From assembly GCA_907165135.1 (NCBI GenBank), contig OU015568.1, positions 14,074,001-14,138,000 of the forward strand: DNA of 64,000 nucleotides, given 5' to 3'. The position numbers and the translations under genes are program-made. The notes beneath the pieces were generated by a model. It was not told the origin of the DNA. It saw only the letters and a list, made by a program, of their open reading frames with translations, and made no database searches. Below, one piece after another: positions 13,641 through 26,000 of this stretch (position 1 is the first letter of the stretch; each line of letters starts with the position of its first letter). The stretch is from Oikopleura dioica (taxonomy: Eukaryota > Animalia > Chordata).

Positions 13641-13909
13641 GCAATTTCAAAAGCACACACGAATAAAAGTATAAAAGTGAGTCTTATTTGCGGGTACTTT
13701 ATGGCTCGGCGGCCGCGCTTGAAGAATGACTGTAATTAGAGAAATCGAACAACAAGGCTTTTTCACGAATTAAAGTTGGTTTGAATGTATTTCGTTTATA
13801 TATTTGTACAATAAGGTTATAATACAGTGTGGAAGAAAATGGAAGAACGGAAGCGCCAAAATATCTGCGGCCAGTATAAATAATAGTAGTTTTTGTGAAA
13901 ACAGGGAAA

Positions 13910-16660
13910 TCAAATCATGCCAAGAAGTTGAATGTTGTCATCACGAGGTGGGGCCAATCGTCGAATGCGTCGCTTCTTGGCCTCCTTGAGCGGGCTGCCG
14001 CTGGGCTTGTGCTGGCGGACGCGTCTTCGGCGGCTAATTTGTCGCTTATGATCCTCCGAGTCCGACTCTGATTCCGAAGATGTAATCGAGGTCACCGGGG
14101 AGGTCACATTGAGGTGAGACTTGTCCGACGAGTTCGTTGTCGACGAGTCAGAAAAGAACCACAAGTAGTTCCAGTCCAACTGGCCGTTTCGGTACTGTGG
14201 CACTTGTCCCTTGTAGACTTTCTTGATCTGTTGAGCAGTGGTGACGGGCTTGGGACCAGCGACGGGACTGTAGCAGGCGGGAATGTTGAGCGGCTGTGAG
14301 GGCGACTGATGAGCTGATTGAACTTGTTTCTTGACTTCGGAGATGACCTTCCGCCGCCGGCTTTGATGACGCGACTTTCTGGCGGCCTCGGCTGGGTCGA
14401 CGCGCTTTGACCTTCGCGATTTCCTCGTCGATTCGGGCGTCACGATCTTCTGACTCACGGGCGATCCGATGGTGATACCAGTAGGAGGAACTGCAGCTCG
14501 TCTAGCTTGTTTCTCAGTACTGCTTCCTTCAGTCATCTCTGTAAGTCGCTGGAGAGAGGCTTCGGCAATCATGTGAAGTGAAAAGTCCTCGGGCTGAGTG
14601 GGATTTTCAGACTCGGACATGATTTTCTGGATAATCTGGCTTTCCAACATTGCCTTATCTTTTTCGCTCTTGGTGAGCTCGGCCAGTGACACGCGCATTC
14701 TATTCAAGCCGCTTCCGGTTTTGGACTTGAGAGAGGAAAGGATCTTCTTGGCTAAGCCAGAGGACTTCTGATTCTTCATTCCTGGGTAAAGGAGATCCTC
14801 GATGTTTTGCGAAGTGTTTGAGATGTTTGGGATAATCGCCGGGTTGAGGAAATCAGGAGGCAGGATTTCGCTTTGTTTGGGGATCACAGGCGATTGTGGC
14901 TGCTCGGTGGGAAGCTTAGACGGCGATCCAGATGGAGTCGACGTGCGTGGAGCAGCAGTGGGTACTGGCGTCAATCGCTCATCGGAAGAGGAGTCGTTGG
15001 AGGAAGAAACGGGAGTGAGAGCACCGCTGGAATTGACGAGAACGGAGGAGACGCCAAGTCGCGGAAATCGCCGTCTGGGCTGGGGTACGGGCGGCGAAGA
15101 GCTGCTTGTTTGAGGAGTGGGGGTCGAAGCGTCGTCAGAATTGCCAGACGATTCTTCAATCGCCCGAGTTGGACTCATTGACGTGCCCAAACCGGAGTCG
15201 TTTGATGAGCATCGGTCAAGCCTGAATAATGTTGTTATGGAAAAATGCAAGAATAGTTGCGGAAAGGTGTGAAAACTAGCAGGTGGAAATATTTTTCGAG
15301 CGGCGCGAAAATGGAATGTTTAGAGTTTCAGAAAGGTTCTGTTATGAAAACCGCTGGGGTTAATCTAATTGTGTTGTGGGTCGTGGCCAAAGCTGTTAGA
15401 GGGGAATTCCGAAGTATATTTTCACTGCTTACCGAGTCAGGTCCTCCTTGAGTTCCTTGAAGGGGAGAGTTTGGATTTCCGTAAAAGAGGCTTTAGGCGG
15501 CAAGCTGGTCTGTGGAGAGGTGTGGTAGGTGAAATAGTCGTGGACAGTTTCTGAGCCCGAGTTGATGTCATCGAGGTATTCAAGCTGCTTGTCGAGCGCT
15601 GCTTCCGCCGACCTCAACTCTTCTTCGTGATATCTGAGTTCAGCTTGAGTCGGAGGAGGCATTGACCCTCGCGCGTCCAGGATTTCGTCTTCCATTGGAA
15701 CCTCGTAACCTGAAGGAAATGGTTATGCTACGTCCGGATATGAGCATTTTTATAGCATTTTATGGGTGTCAACGGCACTCGAGAGGGGTGTAAGGTTATA
15801 GCCTCTTATGTCTATTGCAAAAATGCGAAAGAATGCCTTTGTCTTTGTCTTGTGCCCAAATACTAGAAGGGGCGGCCTCGCAAGTGTCCGATTCCCACTT
15901 GACGCCCGCTGAGTGTGCCCAAATCCGGCAAGGCCAATTAGGAAGTGAAATATACATCCAAAGGTCGCCTACTTGAGTGAAACTAATCAACATAAATGGA
16001 CACTTCTTTGATGAACAAACACATGGCCTATGGGAAAAGGGTTGATGATGTCCTCTGAGAGGTCACGAACGCTTTGATAAATTAACGTCTAATAGGAGTG
16101 AAAGCCACAAGACGCCGCTACTTGTGGGAAGGGTAGACAACCGCTAACGGGCCGCATTTGCATACTGATGGGGAAAAATTTAGGTTAGGCCCTAAGCCCG
16201 TACGTCACGTGAGGCAGGGAGAGATAACCCGAAACGGAAATAACCTGTCACCTGACGGTGCCCGGCCCAAAATTCATCCCCTAAGAAACTCCCACTCTGT
16301 TGTGTGTTTTCGAACATTATTTTTATCGACGTGGACGAAAATTTTAAACATTTGCACGATAATGGTAATCAAACTTGGACGGACATTTTGCGAATTTGAC
16401 GAAATTTAGGGTTTTGGAAAAAATTAGGTGGCCAGCCGAGCGTGTGTTTAACCCCAGCCACGGCCCGGTTGGTAAACACTTGAGAAAAAGCGGACGAAAC
16501 CGGGTCACGCAAATCGAAATATTTACCAAAAACCAACACCGTAACTTATTTTTCCCATTGCCGACGAAAAAAAAGGTTGAATCTAAGGCTTACCGGTTTC
16601 GATTTGAAGGGATGAAACAAGTCGAGCAATTTCTTCGTTGTAATGTTCTAACGAAAGCAT
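13910..16660 (-). CDS. Orphan Ser/Pro-rich, basic, largely disordered protein (551 aa, 3 exons)
   Basis: Exons 16660-16594, 15709-15433 and 15221-13910 have canonical GTAAG/CAG sites and matching phases (67+277+1312 nt). The protein starts MLSLEHYNEEIARL, and contains DSGLGTS and basic NLS-like clusters. Confidence 0.8.
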
Positions 16661-17099
16661 TTTTGTTGTTTTCTTTTTGTTTCTTTTTGACGTTTTCTGA
16701 GGTTGTTTTCTTGACGATCTCTGTTTCGGAAATGTTCAAGCTCTCATAATAACGAAAAGTGATTAATGTGAAGTGAAGGGTTGTTTCACAATCGAACTCG
16801 ATCTGAGTCCGATAAAATATGACAATTTTTTTAGAATGGAGCTGCGAGAAATAAGCGGGGAGTATGCGCCGGAGTAAGGGCGCGCCGGAGCTCGCTGCGC
16901 GCGACAACGAGGGCGCCCGCGTCTCATGGTTAGCCCCAAGTTGGTAGCTCGGGCTTGGTGCTGCGCGCGATCGAAATCGGCCACTGAGATTGAGGTCGCC
17001 TGGTCATGGATTCTTATCTGATAGTGATCAGGATTTTCGCAAGCAGGCCTGAAGAGCAGGTCCTTCCGAGTTGGAATTGTTTTGGATTAGGGAGGAATG

Positions 17100-20000
17100 T
17101 TACGCTTTTCCATCAAATCCGTTATCGTGGGATTTAGGATTTAGGGAGGGATGGGTTTCATGCTTTTGTGGATTCAGTCGTTAGTTTAGAAATGCAGGGA
17201 CTTTCCATCGATTTCACGAATAAAATACTTTCGGCTGCAGTAACTCAAATCTCATGAGAATTAAATTAGATAAAAATAAAAAAAAAACGGATAAGAGCGA
17301 TCATAAAGTTCCACATACCAGAAGTCTAAAAATAGATTATCTTATTTGTAATAATAAAAAGACAATTTTCGCGCAAATAATTACTGAGCCAGGTTCAAGA
17401 TTTGCGCCCTTTTGATGGGCCGATTTTCGGCGGAGAGCGGGGCGTTTGAGATTTTTAACACCTCTCAGACGAGCGAGGCTTCAAATAAAACTCGTCTAAT
17501 TTTCGGCATCGTGAAAAACGATGTCCAATTCATTCGTAAAAGATGAACTACTGTATGGCAGCATTGAACCTGCCCACTGATTTTGGATTCTTGTGATTCA
17601 CGGTAAATGGTGATTATGCAGAGTAAGAGTCATTCTTTTTGACGAAAGGGGTTAAGAACCTCCCTTTGCCATAAAATATTATGAAAAGTAACTTTCGAAA
17701 ATGTTATTTTTGCGTGGTGAAATTAGGCCATCATCACCTAGTTTGCCATTCTTGGCGATTTTCAGTAGGGGATCACGACTCGGTGGGAGTTCGCCACTCA
17801 CACTCGCCCGAATCCAACTGGGGAGCAAAAGTGATTCTTTCTGTGTGTTTGGACAGTTGCCAGAGTGTGGACAGAGGATATTCATGCTTCATTATTCTAA
17901 TCTGATTTGGCAAAAAATTTTCAAATACGGAACCAAGCTCTTTCTCATTGTTTGGCTGCTCGCGTTTCCTGTTTATTCCTCCTCCATCTCAGGTGCTCTA
18001 ATTTGGATCTTGCAGCCGGCTCTCTTTTCCTCAACAAATTGCAGAATTAGTAAAGAAGGAAGAGAATGAAGTAAGAGCTGCGTGGAATTTATTTACAATA
18101 TAGATTTTTTCGGCGGTGTTTATTGTTTAATGGTTTTAGAAAAAAATCCCTCCGAGAAATTATGAAAACAGGGGCTTTGAACTGAAGGGACTGACCTTTT
18201 TAACTTTCGCGTTCACTTCCGGGCTGTGTCACTTGGACGGTGCTGAGGCACACGTGATTTACGCAGGACCGGCCGCCTGTTGGCAGACAGGGGAAGTACT
18301 TATCTCGGGCCAGAGTCGAGCTTTGATGTGACCTCCTGGGGAAAATCGGCCCTCATTTGCCCGGATTACGGTCAAGCGCTGAAAGTTGCCTCTGAAGAAC
18401 CCGTTAACAAATTTTATGCTCAATTACTTTTTCCTCTAAAGTTAATTTCATCAAGAAATAAGGGGCTCATACCGTTTATGACGCCTTTCTTTGAACTGGA
18501 ACTAGTACAGTTACCCCCTTAATTTGCCGCTACCCCGGTCTGAAGAAAATCTCCTTCTTCAGAAAAAGGCAATTCTCACATATATCAATACTGGGAAATA
18601 TACGAATTTCCTCAGCTGTATGTGTGGTAGAGCTCGATTATTGTAATTTTATGATGTGCCAATGGGTCGATATAAAAAGATTTTCTTGGCAGATCGGCGA
18701 ATTCATCTTGGCTGGGCGATTTTGCATCGATTTATGGCGCTCAGCTGAGTGATTGAATTCGGATACTTGGAGCACAGGACTGATCAATTGATTAGCAATC
18801 GTAAAATTCCATCTTTTTCATAATTTTTAGATAGATGGCATTCTTTTTTTTATGGGCCACAGTAGTTTAGGAAGTAGATTTCTTTTCGTGACAAGATTGA
18901 AAGAACCAAAAAAGGGGATGAAAATATACGACACTTGGGAAGAAACAAAAGGTGCGAGAGCGGCCATCATAATTGTTTTGAATAAAAAGCCCTTTAGAAA
19001 AACCTATTTGTTTTTTGATTGCGAATTGTTTATCTGGCCATTTGGGACTTCCGCCCTTTCTGTCAAATCTAGGAAATTGGAATCTGTCGTCGCTTTTTCT
19101 TTGTCGCTTTCAAATTCCTCGAATTCGAATAGTTCGCGCATGAGCGTGAAATTCGTCCCCTTCCACGCATACTTCCTAAAGCAAAGTCCCAGGTGACACT
19201 CTAGAAAGTGGAAAATTGAGCCGGAAAATTGTCATTCAGCCTTTTGAATCTGCTAATGAGCAAATTCTATGGGCGAGGTTGGGGGTCCATTTTTAAATGA
19301 GGGTTGATTCGCAAGTTCTATTCAGCAAGTGTCACGTGGGGTGATTTTTCAGAATGAGCTGGATATCAATTGATTGCTTCATTAACTCGTTTTGCTGAGC
19401 TTCTTTTTCTTCTCGCGTTTTCTAATTTTTAATGCTAGCTTTTATCAGGTGCCCAGCCGAGTCTACGTAATATTTGCACGAGCAAAGTGCCTTGCTCAAG
19501 CGAATTCTAGCTCAAGCGAAAAGTTCATCTTGCTGACCTCAACGGAAAGTTTAAAGAAGTTGAGTATCTGAAAAGTTGAAATTCTGGGCCTCGGAAAAAA
19601 GATGCTCCATTCTTTTTGGTCCTTAAATCCATCCAGAGAAAAGGCACTGGACGTGTTCCAGTGTTCATTTGTTTAAAACGCGTCATAAAAAAGCTCATAA
19701 TTAACTTTTTCACGCGCGGATTTTGTAACTCTTTAAAATGACGTTGATTCGGGATTGCCTCTTTTGATCTGCGTAATTTTAAAAGTAAATTTTCTTTCTA
19801 TCGATTTGGATTACTGTAGTAGCTTTTGGTGATCCAGGGTTAAGTCTGCGAGCTGATCCAAAATCAATGCTGAGTTAGATTCTTTAGGTACTTGTTTCCG
19901 ATAATTCTCACTGTAGCTCGCCAGTTGACACGATTTATTGGCTTCTGGCCGACCTTCTGACCCAATGTTCGATGTGTGACTCGTTCGTCTGGGGCAATTT

Positions 20001-23000
20001 GGGCCGCTGCCCTAGGGCAAGTTTCCAAATTGAAGCCAAGTCTGAGTCCTGATTTATGAAACAAATAACTTAGCCTGGGCAAACGAGTGTCAGTTGTGAC
20101 ATCAAGCACGATCCGGGTGGCGGGGCTCCAACGGCGCATTTACAGTAGCAAATTATTGAATCTACAGTTAGATCAACAAACAGTTGCGGGGATAAACTTT
20201 AAGCCCTTTGATTTGCTCAGCTATTTCCGATTGATCGACACTGTAAGTTTCTCTTACAGACGGTTCTTGCCTTGGATCAAGTTTAAAACTAAGATTATCT
20301 TCTTTTAGGGTTGTATTTCGACCATTTTTAGGAAAAAAATATGGGCCTTTGTCGATTTCGTAAGAAACAATGGTTGAAAGTTTAGACTTGTAAATAAGTT
20401 GGAATGATGTTATTTTTGTTGATACAAGAGCATTTCCCTGAGAACTGTCTTGTGTAGGTCAATGGAACAAAAGCTGCATGAACATGAAAAACAAGAATGG
20501 AACACTAGAATGGAACTGTTCCTCTTTTGAGCAGCTGTGTTTGGATCGCTTCTGGACAAGTTCAACTGGCTTGCGTTGAACAGGTGCTTGGTTAAGGGAG
20601 TTGCTCCTCTTTTGTGGCCCCTTCTTTTTCCCGTGCTCGTTAGAGCGTGCCAAAGTCAACGCAGCGTCGATCGCCTGTTCTGATTACGTAAGCGTGACCG
20701 AGCACACGTGACCTTGAATGCGAAAATCAAGAATACAATGTGAATGGAACATGTACCCTCGATTTAATACTTTCAAACTTTTTCACGCTCAGGTGGCCAG
20801 CTTTACCCGCGATACGCGTTACCCATGATCAGTTATCGTGGGAGATAGTTACGCGTAAATATTTATACATAAAATGAACGTTTTTATGGACCTATAAAAT
20901 TTACTTTCGTTCCCACTCTCCCAGTACCAGACATCTTCCCGAGGGTTTTCAGCCGATCTTGGACCTTCGATGACGATTTTTGCCGACAATTTTGGGTTTT
21001 AGGACACTTGATTAGGTGATTGAGTGTATTGCGTGTCAACCCTTGAGAGTCCGGTCAAGAATAGAACCCTTGTGTACCCATAGTCCATGGAAGACCACAG
21101 AAAGAATCTCACTAATCCGTCTCAGCTGGGATCATCAGCCGAGGGTCAAAACTGGAGATTATCCACTTGGCAAGTTTGCGCGCGAGTTTGTTGCCTTGGG
21201 AAGCCAACAGCTGGAGGGTATTTTACCTTTTCCGTATGGACAAATTGAGTATTTTGGGATAAGCTCCCCCTCGAACATTGATAAGCAAACGGCTTATGGG
21301 AAAACGACGGGCTTTCCCAGGTCCTGCCAGCTGGATTCTAGTTTTTTTTAGAGAGAAGGGCTTTTATAGATAAAGGCTTTCGAGTTGCTTTTATCGGGCC
21401 GCGAGATACTTAGCTACAGTAACGAACATAAATAAGATCGATCCTTTTTTTTTTGCTTTTTCATTCCCCTAATAGGGGATGGATAATCGAGGAAGAGGAA
21501 AATTTACGAATCTTATGTACTCATGATGTCTTCCCGAGAGACGCTCATCAGAGCCCGGTTAGCTCAGTCGGTAGAGCGTTGGACTTTTAATCCAACGGTC
21601 GTGGGTTCGAGTCCCACATCGGGCGCAGCTTTTTGCCTTTTGAGGAGAGGCTTTTTAGCTCTAGAATGATCTTCACCTTTATTGAACATCTTTCTTGACA
21701 TAAAATGCTAATTCTTTAGCCTTGAGGTTGGTCCGTTGTTGCTTTATGACAGAATATTAATTACTAGTTACGATTACGATTTTGTTTTGGAGACGTAGAA
21801 AAAATGATATTTCCGAAAGAGGAACCACTACAAATGAAGATGAAAAGACGAGAATCGAGTAATTTTACGGTGATTTACATCCCAACGCTGGGTCAGGATG
21901 TCACAAAACAATCAAAGTGGATGGAAACTTCATCAATTTTGGTGACGTTGTTCCCATTCAATGATTGACTCGTTTCTGGACTTGCTGGAGCCGCCTTTGA
22001 CTCGCTGCCTTATTACATCTAAGACTGTGTTAATGTCAGCTTCATAATTACGAATTTGGGAACTTGGGATTAGTAATGTTGCATTCTCGGCGAAGGGAAT
22101 CGTAAATTACAGTGATGGAATGCTCTCCAAGGCGAAACCGATAACTCTCGATTGTTGGCATTTACGAGGCGCGATAGTGCCATTTTCTTGGGGAGGCAGA
22201 AACTCTCCTTTGCGGGCAGCTGGAATTTCCACATGATTAAAATTATTGGCAAACAAGTACGATGCTACAGTAGATTTATTGAGCTCATCACATAGGAATT
22301 TTCTCCCGAAAAGGCACCTAAAGCTCGAAATTCAATCCAGTACTGATCAATTGAGCGACTCGACTCTTATCCTCAAAAGTACAAAAAAGGCCCATCCATT
22401 AATGTTCCTCCCGTCAAAAAAGGCCGGCAAAGATGAAACGCAAAATATCCAATTTCCTCAATATTTTTCCAAGAAAGAAGATATGTTTGGTGCTTCTTTT
22501 TTGTGATTTTTCTTGGTATCTGATAGCGGCTAAATACACAATTTTTGAAGAAAAGACCGCAGAATTGTGGAAAATAAATTTGAATGATGGATTTGAGAGG
22601 ATTCAGATTGACTTAGCTAATTAAAATGATTGAGCGAAGAAGGGCTCGGCTCTGAAACTCAGAGGGTACACATTTGATGAATAAATTAGCTCCAAAGAGT
22701 GCTTCCTCTGCAGTTTTAACTCATTTCATGCCCCCCGAATACACCCTGTCAGATTCCTGAGCTCTCCTCTCAAGTACTTAATCATGTCTTGTTGCAGTTT
22801 CAAGCCGTAAATTGATCAGCTCCCCATAAAAATGTCCCCAAATATCTCCGGTCCAAGTCAACGATACTTCCTCTTTCTCTGAGAACAAAATTTTACCTTC
22901 CTTCGATCAAAGGATATTCAAAATCTTTTGTTAAAAAATTAAACCATAATTTTGTAAAATCAATTCATTGTTTATATTATCAATTGCCGGAAGTGGTGAT

Positions 23001-26000
23001 ATTACTATTGAAGCATTTTCTATTTGTCGAATTTAATCTTGCCGAAAACCAGCCAGACCAGTACTGGTCAAATAAATACTCAACCCTTATTTGCCGAATT
23101 TCAACGGTCATCTAAATGCAAACCCTTTCAAGTTTGTTCTAATGCATTTATCCGGCGCGTCGTTGATCAAGGAGCTAATCTGGCTAAGTTGTCTTTGGGC
23201 ACACACGCTCCGGTGGCTCTTGAAGGGCTACTAATGCCTCCTCTGGGAAGAAGAAACTCTCGAAGTTCGAATCAAAATCGATCATTTTTTGAAATGTATC
23301 AAACGCGGGCGCCGCTTTCATGTCCACTTCCTACTGGTACTAGTAAACTGTGTAACCTGCCGTCACGTGACATGAGAAATTGCAAATTTGTCTGATCGGC
23401 TGATCGCAGGCGGAAATACCAATAATGGTACCCGTTTGATTCGATTTATTGTGGGAAAGCGGATATACAGAAGAAAGTTTTGTTCTTTGATCTGAGCGGG
23501 CCGACAGATTGGGAGGAAGTTTCTCATGATAGACAAATTTGATGCATTTATGTGAATACTTTATTTCATTTTACACCCTTAGAACGCTCAATTTCAACAA
23601 AAATATTAAATTCTATTTTCAATCAATCTTATTCCCAAAAACTTCATAAAAGTTCCGTTAGTAACTGATTTATAGTTTTTCTTTGTAAAAATTCAAAATT
23701 TTTAAAATTTTTATAACATCTTTTTCTCAGTCCATTGACTTTCAAAAATAAGCCATTGTCACAAAATGACAAAAATGTCGATGGCCTTGTGCGCATTGTT
23801 TTTTTGTACTTGGCTTATCCTGCCAGGAGGGAATGATTATCCTTCGCCCTAAGTGTAGGGATTAAATGACTTTATCTGATGCAGGAAACACTATCTCGAA
23901 GGCTCACTAATTGCTCTTCTTATGCAATTTTCAGGAATTCAAGGACGAGAGAGGGGAGAAGCTCTCAGAGAGAGCGGAAATGCGGACTCTGGATCGAGCT
24001 TCGTCACCTTAATCCACCACATAATCACTGGATTCCTGCGCGGCGACCCATAAAAACGCACAATAAATGTAGTACTTGTGTACAAATTCCATTTACGTCT
24101 CCTAAACTTCCGCCCGCGTTTTGCAAAAATATCCCCCGCTGTGGTTTGGCACTATTTTCATTTTCGCAAAAGAATAATTTGAAAATCGCGCATTCGAAAA
24201 AAATCCGATTTTTGGTGTTGACTTTGGACATAGGGGGGCTATTTAACGTACGTACCGGAAATCGGGTCAACAATTTCTGTTCCACAAGCAAATGATCACT
24301 TCCGTTATCACAGCTATTTGTTGGCCTTTGCCGACATGGTGACCTGCTAAAACATCGTGAACTTTAAACAAGACTCGAGTTCATGGCACGGAAACGCATC
24401 TTTTACGAGAACTTACAGTCTCTTATGAACTTATATGTAAATAGGCGCTCCTAGGAAATACTCAAGCGACAAATTATGCGATTACTTTACGCTGGAGAAT
24501 ATTTCTTGAATAATTGAGTGGAAGGACACTTGAGCAGCTCGCAGTTTTTTTCCGGTACTTCATGTTGCCCCTGTTAATAGCCCATTCCAGTGGGCTAGGG
24601 TTCTCACTAGCTCAGCGCGGATTATTCTTAAAACTTCCTCAAAAGATAAAATGTTAATTAATTAGACCGCATTTCTATCCCATAAGCGGGAGTGCCCAAT
24701 TTTTGGCTCCCGGAGCGGCTCGTAATTCGGATTGCCAATCTTGTCCCCGAAAGCCGCTCATTATCCCCAAAACAAAAAACGGGGATCTTCATCACTCACG
24801 CAAAATTGGCTCAGAAAATCTCGATGAAAAGACGGTATTCTGATCAAGAGCTGGCCGCGGAGAAATAACACGGAACGCGGCGCGACAAGGGGTTAAAGCT
24901 TATCGGAATAGTGGCAAGATAATTCTCGGACAATAGGATTACCGATTCTTACCAGATTTCCTTGGTAAATAAAGACGGCAAAAAGTAGTTCTTATTTAGG
25001 CAAAATGGTTCTTATTTCCGTTTCTGGCTTTTTGATCTTCTTTTTGGGCTTTTTCTGAAGAAGAATTCTTATGGGTCCCAATTTAGTTGTACCTAAGAAG
25101 CTGTTGTTTGAATAATCCAATTTAGCTCACTTGATAAAGGAGCCCTTGAGGGTCCCTTTGGATAAGCAAGGAGACGATTTATGGCAAAAAATCTCAAGGG
25201 CGTGCTTTAGCAACTGTTCTCCTGAGTCAGGAAGCACGGCAATTCAACAAGTGCCCATTCAATGGAGCTCTAATGAAAGCAAATGGCCATATGGCACATA
25301 TGGGATTATATCGCGCCCAGGAGCGAGATATATTGACCACACTAAAGGGGCGAAAATTGCAATTAGAAAGAATTTCCATAAGGTTAAATTAGCCATATGC
25401 GGCTCGTGAATATTTACAAAACTGTTTGTTTTTGTATTTTAAATAATTCGACCCCAGTAAATCTGAATTTCTAGTCCAAAAACTCGCGCTATCGATATTT
25501 TATTCAAGTTTTCAGAAACCATAGGATCTCAAAATATATAAAATTCATATTTCGAGCCACTTTATGGTTTGGAAATTTTTATGGTCTGAAATTTCAGAGG
25601 GTATTTACAAGATCGGCGGTTTGTTTCTAACAACAGACTCTGCGGCACTTTTTTGTTTCTGAATGCTAGAAAAAGGCAGCAGGGATTAGCAAGCAGGTGC
25701 AAGGTTTGGCCCTTTGCCAGCGCGTATTCAGAACACGGGCGCATTCCTCCCTACTAATGACACCGGCACCGCTTTGTGAAATTCGCCCTTAGTTCCATCA
25801 ATAAGACGCCCTTCGCGGAACTCGGTTCAATTTCGAAAAGAGTATTAGGTCAGAAAGAGCGGCGAAGAACTCGAAAACGGCTGGTGCACATTTGGAGGCA
25901 GGCCAACATGAAAATGATGAGTGCTGCTCGTTATCTGCTGAGGGCCGTAATTAGGAAACGTAATAAGCCGCGAATTTTACACTGTTTTAGAAACACGCAT

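Noticed and set aside
14200-14210. GCACTTGTCCC, matching part of miR-92
   Set aside because: Inside a coding exon with no precursor hairpin; a chance match.
14330-14420. AEAARKSRHQSRRRK as a bZIP basic region
   Set aside because: Lacks the invariant Asn and any following leucine zipper; more likely an NLS.
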